A stretch of 64,000 bases of DNA from Lama guanicoe (taxonomy: Eukaryota): assembly GCA_013239625.1 (NCBI GenBank), contig MU056898.1, positions 1,083,717-1,147,716 of the forward strand. The letters are read 5' to 3'. The notes beneath the pieces were generated by a model. The model did no database searches. It saw only the letters and a program-made list of their open reading frames with translations, and had not been told where the DNA came from. The translations under genes and the position numbers were made by a program. Below, in pieces: positions 13,122 through 25,190 of the stretch (position 1 is the stretch's first letter; the number at the start of each line of letters is the position of its first letter).

Positions 13122-15449
13122 GCAGAGCAGCCGCCCCGGGGCTCACCAGGTTCGGAGCCGAGTGGGCGAGAGCTCGGCCAGCGTTCCCAGCGCAGGGGCA
13201 GGTGGGCGCCTCGGTCCAGGGTGGGAGAGTCACCCTGGCACTGGCTTCGTGCCTGCGGAACCTTCCTGCCGGGACCCCCTTGAGGGCAACACCCCTGACG
13301 TGTTTGGTCTCAGGTCTCCTCTCCCTTCACCTGGCGGCCGGCCTGGCCCCTGTCCCGTCCTCACTGCCCGCGTGGCGTTGGTGAGAAGCGTGGCTTTCTG
13401 CGCCATCGGTCTGGTCGCAGGGAGCGCCCCTGGTAGCTGGGCTCCTCCTCCTGTATTCCCGGCGTCCGGAGCTCCGCCGTGATGCACAGTTTGGGGTTCT
13501 TTCGCGGGTGGGCCTCTTCAGTGTAGCTCACTCTCCTGAGCCGTCAGCCGGCCAGGACAAACGCGTGTGTGCACGTGCATGTGCACACACGTGACCGTGA
13601 CACACGGTGGAGAGCTGCCGCGGAACTCGGCCTCCACGCTCCGTGTGGGGCCACATGCTGCCGGGTGCGGCCCCTCCTGCTGGGCAGCCCCAGGGTCTGG
13701 GTCTCCTTTCTCTGTGGCCCTGGCATGGCCTCTTCCCTGTTCCCAGCCTCGTTTGCACACAGTTTAGGGGGCCTGAGCTCTCCTGTTCTTCGCTGGGCTG
13801 AGCCTCCTTGGTGGGTGGACCAGCGGGACTCCCGTGTGCAGAGCCTGACCGATGCCCCAGGCCCGGGGCTTCTTGCCACCCAGACCCGGCCACGCCCCTC
13901 TGAAGTCGTCTGGGTCGAAGCTCCTGTACGGCCCCTCGCCCGGAGCCACAGGCCCATCAGGGCTGGGGACGGGCTTGGAGCCAGCATTCTGACCAGTGCG
14001 CTTTGCGCAGCTCTGCCCACTCAGCCCCCGTTCGGGCCGCAGCTGAGCAAGCCCGCCCCTTGTGCCCATCCCTGTGCCCCTTGGAGGGGGCTGAGCTGAC
14101 TGGTCTGCCTGGAACGTCTCCAAGAAGTTCTTAGGGCACCTGCCCTTCTCCAGCTGAGTCTGGGCATGCGTGACCCTGGTCCTGGTCTCTGCTGTCTGCT
14201 AGGGCTTCCCTGCCGTCCTGCAGCGCGTGAAGCTGTCTTCGGGGACATCTACAACCAGGGCGCCCTCTTCGGATCTGTGTCCCCGGTGCCCCTGCACACA
14301 GCAAGTGGAGTGGGAGGTGGGTGTGCCAGTGACATCCTAGGAGGGCAGCAGGAAAGTGCAAAATGCGGAACCCAGTGGGGAGGCCCCATGGGAGGGACAT
14401 GGGCCCTGCAGATCACGAGAGCCAGAATGCAAGATCACTGCAGACGTGGGGCTGTGTGAGTCTTGGAGCCAGGTTTGACGTGTTGTCTGCAGGTGATGGC
14501 ACTGGGAGGGAACGCTCACAGCCCATGTGCTCAAGAGGGACTGCTTTGTACCTGATCGCACGGGGGGTCACGCCCCTTTCTTTCTGGGAGTCCTTGTTTT
14601 GGCCAACTGGGACGGCCTTCTGATTGGCGTTCTCTTGGAGGGGTCCCTGGGGGCCTCCCGTCCGGGTCTGGACGACACCTTTCCTTTGCGCAGGGCCTGC
14701 AGCCTGCCCGGCTTTGTCCGCACGCCAGCCTGGCTGTGGTGCTTGCTTACTTTTTTGTGACCTCCGAGACAGCGTGACACATCGGATGCCTGCAGGTCCG
14801 AAGGAATTGGACCCTGTCTTCTCCGCCCGGCTCTGACACATCTCTCAGACCCTTCCCACCGCTGTGCGCTCCCCGCTCCGTACAGAACCACGGTCTCCCC
14901 TGGGGAGGACCCCGCCCCCCTCTTTCTCCAGCCACCCGGTCCCTGCCTTCTGCTGCCACTGAACGTGCTGTGGGCACCACTGTCCCCCTGCTGCCGCCTG
15001 TCTGTGGCTCCAGCCTGGCTCTTCCTCCTGGCCCCTGCTCTGGAGTCCTTTGCAGAGTCCTGGCAGCGCCCACCCAGCCTGTGCTCAGCATGCGTGCCCG
15101 GTGCCGGGTGCCGGCAGCGGGCGGGTCGTGGAGGCGGCTGTCTGGGGACCTGCCTCCCCGCCCCACCAGGCTTGCTGCTCTCCCTCAGTCTCCCTCCTGT
15201 TCACTGTCTTCTTTTTTAGCGACAGCCAGTGCTGCTCCCGGGTCCCCAGAAGATGAAGCCCTGCGTGTGTCTGGGAGCGCTGGGCACCCTCCCTGCAGGG
15301 CCTGCTGCCTTTCTGCTTTGAAATTAAAGGAAGGCTGGATGGAGGAGTGTGTGCTTCTCCTTCAAGCAAAAGCTTTCAAAAGATATTTTACAATAACTTT
15401 TGCTACTTAATGACTTTTAAATTTGAAACATTATCTTCATTTACGTCAC

Positions 15450-16510
15450 TTTTTGTTGACGTGAAGCACGTATAAGAAAAACACAAACTATCCGTGAGCT
15501 ATGAAACCGGCTCCCAAATCACGAAGCAGAAGATCACTAGCCCCTGAAGCCCCCCCCCCCGCCCTCCAGTTCCCTCCCCCGATCCTGGGAGTCACCGGCC
15601 TGGCCGCCAGCCCCAGACCACTCTTGCCTGTTTTGATCCGACATGACTGGGCCGTGAGCTCGTGTGTGCCGAACGGTCCAGAAGAGACACGCTGTCCTCT
15701 GCTCACGCGCGTGTAGTCGTCACTGGCTCGCTGTCACTGCTGTGCGGTGTTGCGGTTGGTGGCTGTACCATCGTTCTCTGAACCCCCCCTGCGGCTGGTG
15801 GGCATTCGGGGTGGGGGTCGCCGCCCTGGCTGCTCGTGGGCCGCGCCGCCCTGGCCGTCCCCGCCTATCTCTGGTGCTCGTGTCAGACTGAGGAGCGGGG
15901 CCGCTGGGCCGTCAGACCCCGTGTGTGTGCGTGTGCGGGGCATGTCCCCAGGCCCCCGGCGGCGCTGACCTGACATCTGGCCGCCCCTGGGCTCACTCGC
16001 GCTTGGTGCTTTCAGGTACGTGACTTGTCCTGGGGGCAGGGCTAGCGCTTCCTTCGTGTGTCCCCCTCCCCTGTTCCCCCGGTGACAGTGCGGCTCAGCG
16101 CCTGTCTGGACGTTTACTGGCCGTTGGGACGTCATCTGTCTGGCATGTGCGTCGTCAAGCCCTCTGCCCGTTTCCCTCTTGGGTGGTTGTGTCACACACC
16201 TGCTGGTCTGCGGGAGTTTTTTATATGGTCTCTGTGTGTACGTGTGTACATAGCAAACACCTTCTCTCCGTATGTGGCTTACTTCCAGTATTCTCATCAC
16301 TGTCTTTTGAGTAATAGAAGTTCTTAATTTTGGATCTTATTTATCAAATTTGTCTCATGCTGTTACCTCTTTTTGTGTCTTAAAAAAATCTTTGGTTACA
16401 TAGATCAGAAAAATGCTCTGCTGTGTTTTTTCAAAGAGCTTTGTTTCTTACATTTTACATTCACAGCCACTGTCCACCTGGAATTGGTGGCGTGGGGAGA
16501 AGGGTGGGGT
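15450..16510 (-). mobile_element. Ancient L1 (L1ME-like) 3' end, antisense
   Basis: tttttgttgacgtgaagcacgtataagaaaa...cagaagatcactagcccctgaagcccc resembles the L1ME 3' end. The AT-rich part 16200-16490 (ttttgagtaatagaagttcttaatttt..., tttacattttacattcacagcc) is typical antisense ORF2. Confidence 0.7.
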
Positions 16511-16529
16511 CCAGGAATAATACTTCTCT

Positions 16530-16870
16530 GGCTTCATTGTGCTCCTGCTGCCGTGCTGCACCTGCGCTTGCAGGTCCTGCTCCCACCCCAGGGCCTTTGC
16601 ACTGGCTGCCTCCCTTTCTGGAACATTCTCTGGCCAGGTAAGGCAGCAGCATGCTCCCTGGCGTTTCTCTTGGCTCCTCACAAATGTTCCCTTCCCGGCC
16701 ACCCCATCTCCCAGAGTAGCTCCGCCCTGTCCTCTGCCAGGCTGCTCTCCGTGCCACTCAGCCCTGGTCAGCGTGTTGTTGAGTCTGCTGCGTCCCTTTT
16801 CTTGTCTCTCTCCTCTTGCTTGAGTGGACGGGGCTTGGGGCGGGTGCTCTGACCAGTGTCAACACTCGTG
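16530..16870 (+). mobile_element. L2 fragment
   Basis: Contains the hallmark L2 segment ccagggcctttgcactggctgcctccctttctggaacattctc...ctcacaaatgttcccttc. Confidence 0.7.
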
Positions 16871-17649
16871 GGTGGTCAGTGTTCCCTGCTGAGGGCGGGG
16901 CCCAGTTACACAGTGAGAGCTGCGTTCTGCTTCTGGGTGGGTCCCGCGGGGCCCTGGGGACGGTGCTGTGGACCGGCGGGTCTGTGGCCTCCGGCCCAGC
17001 ACTGCCCTCCTGGCCTTAGGGATTGTCTTCTTTTCCAGGGTGACACTTGCCATCTGTGGCGGGTCCGTTTGTCCCGTTTCTCCCTCCGAATTGTTTCCGG
17101 GTCTTTGGGAGAAGTCCAGCTGGACTGTCCAGCTGGTAACATGATGTGTTCACCCTGGGCCTTTCCTGCCGATTGAAGTCTGCTTGGGGGTGCCCCCAGC
17201 CCCTGACTGTGACTGGCCAGCACCCCGAGTTCCTCTGAGCAGGGCCAGTCGCTTCCTGTGGGTCCCCGGGGAGGGCCCTGGCCCCAGCCTGTGTGTGCAG
17301 GGCCAGCGCCGTCCTGTGCGGGAGGGAGGCGGGGGCTCTGACTGATGGGAGTGGTTCTCCCCGCGGGGCTGCTGCGCCTGCTGCTCCTCGTGCTGGACGC
17401 CTCGCTTCCACGCTGGAAGAAAGGAGGGAGGGCAGGAGGGAGGCGAAGAAGATGGCAGCTGTTACTTGTAACTTTGTAAACTTCTGCTTACACAAGGGGA
17501 GCGTTTCATCGGGAGCACTTGACAGCGCAGGAGAAGAAAGCAGGACAGGTGAGGGTGAAGGCTTCCCGTAACCCTCCACCCGGCGGGCGCCGCGGTGGCC
17601 CGCTGGCTCAGGTGCTCCCCGGCACGCGCACGTGCGAGGCGTGCACTTG

Positions 17650-18130
17650 GCTGATGTCGTTTTGGGGAAAGTGCAACACTCCGAGCGTGCTTGGCTTGGG
17701 TCTTCTTATTTTGTCTAATCTTTTGTGAACGTTTTCCACATTAACCACGCTTTTAAAATGTAACTTTTTGGCAATGAATTACTCTCTGTTTTTTAAACAC
17801 CTTTGCTGGGGTGTGGTTCCTGTGCAGCAAACTACACGTATTTCAGAGGTACAGCCTGATGAATTCGATAGTGAATTCCTGTCGTTACGAATCCTTTATT
17901 TAACCAAATTGTTCCTGTTAGATGTTTGTCTTCAGTTTTTGGTTCACTGTTGTAAATGACGCTTTGGCCAACACACGTGTCCCCAGAGCTTTGCTTGCAT
18001 CACTTACTACTCCTGCAGGAGAAGTTCTTAGAAGCGGAATTGTTCAGAAAGTACGCACGTTTTATAAGCGAACAGGTCTGAACGTTTTGCTTGGGCCGAG
18101 CGCTGCTATGTGCACGTTCTCTGGCTCAGC
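17650..18130 (-). mobile_element. Ancient L1ME-like fragment, antisense, with a short nested L1MC-like 3' end at about 17790-17875
   Basis: tttatttaaccaaattgttcctgttagatg...ttcttagaagcggaattg is antisense L1M. The insert tttttaaacacctttgctggggtgtgg...aaactacacgtatttcagaggtacagcctgatgaattc resembles an L1MC terminus. Confidence 0.55.
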
Positions 18131-18144
18131 ACTTGAAAAGGCCC

Positions 18145-19255
18145 TGTGATCTTCTAGGAGAAAATATCGGAGAAAATCTGTGTGAGCTTAGGTTTGACAA
18201 TAGTTTTTTTAGGTGTAACACCAAAAGCACAATCCATGAAAGTAAAAAATTGATCGATTTGCTTTCGTTAAAGTTGAGAACTCTTGCTCTGTCAAAGAAA
18301 CTCTGAAGTGAAGGAAAACACAAGAAACCGGAAGAAAACGTTTGCAAATCACGTATTTGATAATCAGAGTGTACGAAAAATACAGGAAGAACTCTTAAAA
18401 CTCAACAATACGAAGCAGTCTAATTTGAAAATGAGTGAGAGGTCTGAACAGACACTTCACTAAAGGACATACACAGAAGGCAAACATGCGTAAGACAGGA
18501 CCCCCCACGTCACGTGTCATCAGGGAGTCGCATATTGAAATGGCAGCGAGGCACCACCGCACCCCCTCAGAATGGCCAAAATCTAAGACACTCGCCACAG
18601 CACCCAGGTAAAGGGAACCTGGCCGGTGAGGCCTGGAGCAGCAGGCGCTCTCCCTCTTGCTGGCGGGGTGCAGCGGGGAGCAGCCGCCGTGGAAAGCAAC
18701 CTGGGGAGGCCGCGAGGCTCCTCTCAGTTCTGGCACACACGGGCCCCAGCAGCTGCCCTCCTAGGTCTTGACCCACGTGAATTGAAGGCTTTCGTCCACC
18801 CAGGGGCCTGGACGCGAATGTCTGTAGCAGTTTTGTTTGCCATCATCAAGACCAGGGGCAGTCAGGACGCCCCTCTGCAGAGGAACGGATGAACCAGCCT
18901 GCCCGTCCTCACCCTGGAATGCTGGTTGGTGATAAAACGGACCAAGCTCTTGAATCAAGAGCAACGTAGATGAACCGGGAATGCGTTTTCCTGAGTGAAA
19001 GCAGCCAGACGCAAAGGCTACCTGTGTGATGACTCACTCATCTGACAAGTGGGAGAGGGCAGACCGTGGGGGTGGAAACCGGGTTCGCGATCTCTGGGGT
19101 GGGAGCAGGGGGCGTGGCTGACGACAGAGCAGGTGCGTGTGGAACTGCCCAGGTAAAGGGTACCCGGCAGGTGCGGTGGGTCTGTGCCTCGGTGCCCTCG
19201 GCAAAACCCCCAGAACAAGTCCTGCAGTGGGCGCTTCAGTGAGTGCAGACAAACA
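18145..19255 (+). mobile_element. L1MC/L1MD-like ORF2 3' part and 3' UTR, sense
   Basis: The ORF track reads LLGENIGENLCELRFDNSFFRCNTKSTIHESKKLID, an ORF2 remnant. Also present: aaaactcaacaatacgaagc, aacagacacttcactaaagga and ctgagtgaaagcagccagacgcaaaggctacc. Confidence 0.85.
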
Positions 19256-19319
19256 GAGGCGGTCAGCAGGTGTCAGGCGCTGCAGGCGGAGTGTGGGCTG
19301 CGATGGGGACTCCATCTGG

Positions 19320-20540
19320 GTGGCGGCCAGTTTTCACCACCACAGACAAGGCTAAGGTACATGTCCTTGTACAGGTGTGCTGGACGACACACGAGGGGAC
19401 GTCTTGAGCACATCTGGGCACGGCGTCGTGGCCCGTGTGTCCTGGTGAGAACTGGCCGGTCTCCCTTCTCCCCAGCGCCCTGAGAGCTGCGGGCTCGCAC
19501 CGCTGCCGGCACCTGGGGCTGTCAGTCTGCCCGCCGCTCGGCCGGTGTCCGATGCCATCTCCTTGTGGGTTCCCTAATGACCCCCCACGCCGAGCACCTT
19601 GTGAGCGTCGTTGGCCTTTCAGATTGTGGCTTTGGTAAAGTGCTCTCAGCATAGCTGTTAATTATGTGTTTTCTGTCTGTTCGTTCATAATCTCTATCCA
19701 TTTATTGTGTCCTTTTGAAAATTGATTTTTAGAAGAGCTTTTAATAGCTTAAGGAAATTAGCCCTTTGTCTGAAATTACAGTTTCCCAGTTTCACATCTC
19801 CCCTCTGGTTATAAAGTTTCTTTCCAGACATTAATTTAAATTTTTTCCTGGTTGAACACGTGAGGTTTCTCCTTAGCGCTTCTGTTCTGAGTTTGTGTGC
19901 ACGTGGAAAGGACATTCTCTTTCCTAAGTCACCAGAGTGTTCTCCGTTGTTTTTCTCTGTCGTGATTCTGTGCTTTGTGTCTCAGACCTCTGATCTGAGC
20001 CTGTCTTTCGATGGGACCTGAAGCAGGGTTTCACTTGCTTTTTCCCGAAGGCTTCCCGGCTGTCCTCGTGTGACTTCATGAATAACCGGTCTTCTTTCCA
20101 AGCCCGTTCCGCACGCAGCTGTGAGTCTGCATGAGGGCTTTCGGTTGCGCTGCTCGGGGCTGTGGCTGGCGCAGCCGCGCGCTGCGCTCTCAGCGCCCAG
20201 GCGGCTGCGCCCTGCTCGCCACGTTCTGCACTCGTTTATGACACCTGGCTTGTCTGTTTGTTCATGTGAACTCCAGGGTCAGTTTATCTAGTTACAGGTA
20301 AACGGAGTTTTAGTTGACGTTGTACTGAATCCGCAGGCTATTTGAGGGGAGGGCGGGCGCGTCTGCGACGCTGGCCCTTGAGTTCTCCTGCCCTGGACGT
20401 GCCTGCCAGTCGTTTCGTTTTCTTAAATTTCCGCAGTTTTGAGATCGCCTTCCCATGGATTTCACACCAGTCTTTCTCTTTTCTTTTATCTTTTTGTTGC
20501 TTTTATTGGAGTCTCTCCTCTAGTTATGTCTTCCGACCAG
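19320..20540 (-). mobile_element. Continuation of the antisense L1M element
   Basis: ccctaatgacccccc...gagcacctt; tccatttattgtgtccttttgaaaattgatttttagaagagc; catgtgaactccagggtcagtttatctagtt are typical of antisense ORF2. Confidence 0.7.
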
Positions 20541-20589
20541 TAATTGTGCCGTCCAACCCGGAAGCGGAGAACTCCGCGCTCCGAGCCGT

Positions 20590-20735
20590 GATCAGGCTGG
20601 GGGGCTCCGGGCCGGGCGGACCTGGTTCTGGTCCTGGTCCTGCTCTTGCCCCGTCCACTCTCGTCACCCTTCTGAGTCTCATTTTCTTTGCTTTTAAGAT
20701 GGGGAAGCTGAGAGATCCCCCTCACGGGGACCCGT
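20590..20735 (+). mobile_element. MIR SINE fragment
   Basis: acccttctgagtctcattttctttgcttttaagatgggga resembles the MIR core. Confidence 0.5.
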
Positions 20736-21689
20736 GAGTGTGGGGGGTGCCCTCTTGGGGGAGGCACCCTGTGGGGGAGCTGCTCCATCTTGATGACTGT
20801 GCCCGGTGCACCTTCCCCTTCTCCTGGCCTGGCGGTGGGATGGGCAGGGGGAGGCCTGCAGGGAGGGCGGGTATGGTCCAGCCTCGCCAGGCCGCCCGGA
20901 GTCCTTGCTGCCTGGAAGCCAGGGTGCGGTGGGGCCTCACTTCTGTAACGTGCGTCCTGAGCATTTCGCATTGTTACCGTTTAAACGGGGCTTGTCCTGC
21001 TGCTCAGCCTGAGCCCAGCTCCTCCTTGTGTGGCTGTGCGGCTTCAGGCTGCTGATCTCACAGACAGATGGCCGCTTCGAAATCCCCTTCCTGTGAAGAA
21101 CTGGTGTGGAGAGAAGCACTCCCCTCTGTTGCCAGCCTGGCCCTCCTCTGGCTGAGTGCTGTGCGCCCCTGCGAGTGCTGAGCCGGGGTCGCCGCTCCTG
21201 AGAGGTGGCCTGTGTGTCCCCGCGGGGCTCTGGGAGGGTGGCTCCCCGCTGGCCACACGGCTCTTGCACCAGAGCAGCCCGGGTGGGGCCCGCGGAGTCT
21301 TCCCAGGCCCCCCGCAGCCCAGGTCTCCGGGTCTTTGCTTCCTGCCATCACTGAGGCGATTCCTCGTTTGGCGTCCGGAAACCCAAACGTAGCCCTGGCG
21401 TCAGAGGCCTGAGTGCTTTCAGAGGGGAGCCAGCGTGCGGGTGGGGAAGGACTCTGCCCTTGTGCCTCGGGGATCTGTCTGGACCGGAGTTGTTTCTGCC
21501 ATCCCGCAGGTCTGCATTCGCGTCCTCCTGGTCTGAGCGCGGGGCTGCGGTGGCCCTCCTTGTACGTGTGAGGAGGGACTTCTGTCCCCACTTGTAGGCC
21601 AGGACGTTTAGGCCTGGGGACGTGTGGAACAGTCCCCTCAGCAGCAGAACTCGCCTTCCTATCCAGAGCCCGCGGGACGGTACCCGGGG

Positions 21690-23562
21690 CAGACCCTACG
21701 TCAGGCCTCCAGACGAGCCTCATTTACAAGGGGCCAAATCAGACCAAGTGTGCTCTCCCACCACAGTGGAATGAAGTTGGAAACCAATGATAAAAGGACA
21801 TTTGGAAAATGCACGAATAGGTGGGAATTAACATACTGCGTAATAACCAGGGAGTCAGAGAAGAAGTCACAGGGGCAGCTAGAAGGTACTTTGTAACGGG
21901 CAAGAGTGAACTGAGCGTGCTGAAGGCCATGGGAGCAGAGGCAGCAGCGCTCAGAGGGAGATGCAGAGCTGCAGGTGCCTAAGCTGAAAAACGAAGAGCT
22001 CTCAGATCGTAACCACCGTGACCAGCTGGGAAAAGGAGCAACCCAGACCCACAGCAAGCAGACGGGGGGAAATGCAGGAGACAGGCGAACGGAAGGGAGG
22101 ACAGGGGGCAGTGGAGAAAAGCAACGAGGAAGCTGAATACAGCTGACAAGCTTTGAGCTGGAGCGGCCGAGCCCACCCGAGAGAAGTCTCGCTGGTAAAA
22201 TCGGGGGTGGGGGGTGGAAGCGAGCCTGCAGAAGTGGAGTGAGTTACGTGAGAGAGAGTTACAGCCACTGCGCGCCGGCAGTGCAGGTAATCTAGCCGAG
22301 AGGCACAAACGCCCAGAAATGCGCAAAGCGTCCAAACCGACTCAGAGGAAACAGGAAGTCCGAGCAGGCCCGTAACGGGTGGTCAGCGTCTAAAGCATTT
22401 CCAGCAGAGTTCGCCGGGGACTTGCGCCTTACCTTTATAGGAGGAGTTAACACCGAACATGGAGGAGGGGGACACACTTCCTAACTCACTTCATGGTGCT
22501 GGGACAACTTCACAACGATGAATTTGGGTCCTGCCTTGAACCACGTGCAGAAAGTTACTGATGTGAGTCAGAGGCCCCGATGCAGTGACTAAAACTGTGA
22601 GACTCTCAGAAGAAACGCTGGTGCCGTGAGTCTTTGTGACCTTGGATGATCGCTTCTTAACTGTGATGCCGAGCAGCAGATGCACAGGCGTCTTTATGCA
22701 CAAGCAAAACGAGGTAAGCAAAGCAGATCTCATCAACATTTGAAACTTAGACTTGTCACAGGACACCATCAAGAGACTGAAAATCCATCCCAAATAAGGA
22801 AGAAAACATATGCAAATCACGTATCTGCTAAGGGTCCAGTACCCGGCATATATAAAGAATTCTCACAACTCAACATGAAGAAAACAACCCGACTGAAAAA
22901 TGGACCAAGTGTTTGAATAGACATTTCTCCAAAGGAAATAAATGGGTAAACAAATGGCCAATAAGGACATGAAAAGATGCTCAGTGTCACTGATCGTTCG
23001 GGGGATGGGGGTCAAAGCCACGCGGCGTCACCCCTCCCCCAGCAGGGTGGCTGCTTCCAAACCGGCAGAGAATGGGCTTGGGGAGGAAGCAGAGAAATGG
23101 CAGCCTGTGTGCGTCGCTGGAGGGGTGTGAAAGGTGGGGTGCCTCGCCATCCTCAGCAGCCAGCGCTGGATGCAGCCCAGTGTCCGCCGACAGGTGAGAG
23201 GATGAACAGGACGTGACTTCTCTGCACACTGGGGTGCGCCAGCCTTAGCAGGGAAGGGCCCTTGGACGTCTGCTGCACGTGCAGGAACCTTGAGTGAGTT
23301 CTGCTCAGTGGGGGAGCCAGCCTGATGCCACTTCTGCTGGGTCTCTTGAGGAGTCAAACCCATAAAGATAAAGTAGGAGAGGGGGCGGGGCGGGGGTGAG
23401 GCGGGGCAGTCAGCGTGTAACGGGGCAGAGCTTCGGTTTCAGGGAGATGAGTCCCGGAGATGGGTGGTGGTGATGGTCGTACGGCAGTTGGAACGAACTA
23501 ATGCCATTGATGCGTGCACTTAGAAGTGGTTAAAACCTTACGTTACGTATATTTCACCACAG
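21690..23562 (+). mobile_element. L1MB-like element, sense: ORF2 from the end of the endonuclease domain, an internal deletion at about 22495, then ORF2 C-terminus and 3' UTR
   Basis: VLSHHSGMKLETN is the ORF2 SDH motif region. cttcctaactcacttc corresponds to LPNSF. The tatgcaaatcacgtatctgctaagggtccagtacccggcatatataaagaattctcacaactcaac segment is late ORF2. The terminus gcacttagaagtggttaaa...gtatatttcaccacag matches an L1MB end. Confidence 0.88.
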
Positions 23563-23564
23563 AA

Positions 23565-24326
23565 AGGGCAGAGGACTTCAGCAGACATTTCTGCGAGTGG
23601 CCAGCAAGCGGAGGGGGAGCATCCGCGCTCCCGCGAGACGTCCCTCACACCCACCAGGACGGCTGCGATGCCGTGCGTGGCAGTAACGCCGCACGGGCAC
23701 TTACATGTTACTGTGCCTCGTTTTTGTAATAATTTTAAAAACAGAAAGTGGTGCATCTTGGTGAGGACGTGAAGAAACTGGAGCCCTCACAGACTTGGGT
23801 AGGAATGTCGAAGGGTGCAGCTGCTGTGGGCACCAGCCCGGCAGGGTCACCACACGGCCCAGGAGACTGAAATCGCACACTCACACGACACCCTGCACTT
23901 GGGGTCCACAGCAGCGGTGCTCACAGCCACCACCGCGGGGCAGGAGGGGCCGGGTGTCCGCTGGCCGGGGAGTGGAGGACCGCCGTGGCACAGGCCCCCT
24001 GGGGGCGCCGCTCGTCCGTGAGGGGAGCGGAGGGGCCGCACACGGTCAGGATGAACCCTGAAAACGCAGTGCCAACCAAAAGGAGCTGGCCAGGGAGGGC
24101 CGTGTGGTGCCCGGTCCAGGAGTGTGGAATGCCCACAGCAGGCAAATCAGTGCCTGGAGAGCAGGTCAGAGCCGGGGCCGGGGGCGTGGAGCGTGGCTGC
24201 TGGCGGCACAGGTTCTTTTTGGGGTGATGAGTCTCCTGAGCTAGTGTTGTCTGGGCAACAGCGCAGATACACAGAAGCCGCTGATGGCTCGCTTGCGGTG
24301 GTCACAGTGGTAAATTTTATAAAAAT
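23565..24326 (+). mobile_element. Second old L1M 3' fragment, sense, heavily GC-shifted
   Basis: gggcagaggacttcagcagacatttc; ttggtgaggacgtgaagaaactggagccctcac; ggatgaaccctgaaaac; terminal gtggtaaattttata. Confidence 0.75.
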
Positions 24327-25099
24327 CCTTCAGCAGATGGTCTTGGAATGTCGTTGATGCTGAGAACCAAGCGCGGCCCATTGAGGAGGGGCCCCACATG
24401 CCCTCGGCGCCTTCTGTGTAAATCGGGGGGAGGGGGCCCTGCGTGCAGCCAGGCATTGGTCCCCGGCCGTGGGGGGGGCAAGGTGGACGCGAGGATGGGC
24501 TGAGTCTGAGCCCACGGGGAGGACGCGGGCCCCCCGCTCAGGCTCCCGGAGGCCCTTCCCTCACGCCGGGCTGTTTCTCCCCGGACTGTCCCGTGTGCCG
24601 TCTGCTGTGAGGGGCTCGTTCGGGGAAACGGTCTTTCACTCCCGCGCTCTTGGTATCTGGCACGTGGGGTGGGTGTGCGGTGAGCGCAGCACCGCACAGG
24701 AAACCACGTGGGGGTGACGTGTCTGCTGGTCGGTCCCTGACTGGGGGCAGGACTCGCTGTTTGGGTGATCCGTGGGCCAGGCGAGCCCGGGCCTTTGAGC
24801 ACTTTGGCCTTTGTGCCTGGCGACTGGCTTGCTCCCCCTGCTGAGGGCACAGGGCGATGTCCTCCCTCAGCTCTGTAGCCGCCGGGCGGTGCTGTGGCCT
24901 CATGTTGGGACCGAGCCTTGTGAGTGAGGAGACCCAGGGGGACTGCTGCACCCCCCACACCTGTGTGGGCTCCGGAATTGGGAGTTGGGAGCCGGCCATG
25001 CTGCAGTGGGGCGTGGCGGTGGCCGGGACAGCCGAGGAGGAGGCCCTGGTGGCCCATACCCTCCCGGCACGTCCTGGGATGTCGGCTTTTCTGCCATAA

Positions 25100-25190
25100 G
25101 CTCCTTGGATCTGTTCACCATTGTCTCCTTTGCCTGGAACAGTGCCTGGAACAGGATGCACTGGATTTGCACTGATTTAGTGGATCTGTG
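25100..25190 (+). mobile_element. L2 3' end
   Basis: tgttcaccattgtctcctttgcctggaacagtgcctggaacagg. Confidence 0.55.

Noticed and set aside
17452-17548. Strong-Kozak ATG (AAGATGG) followed by donor CAG|GTGAGG beside a CpG-dense patch, as a possible alternative first exon
   Set aside because: It gives 97 coding nt (phase 1), out of frame with the phase-2 MAD1L1 exon, and there is no other promoter evidence.
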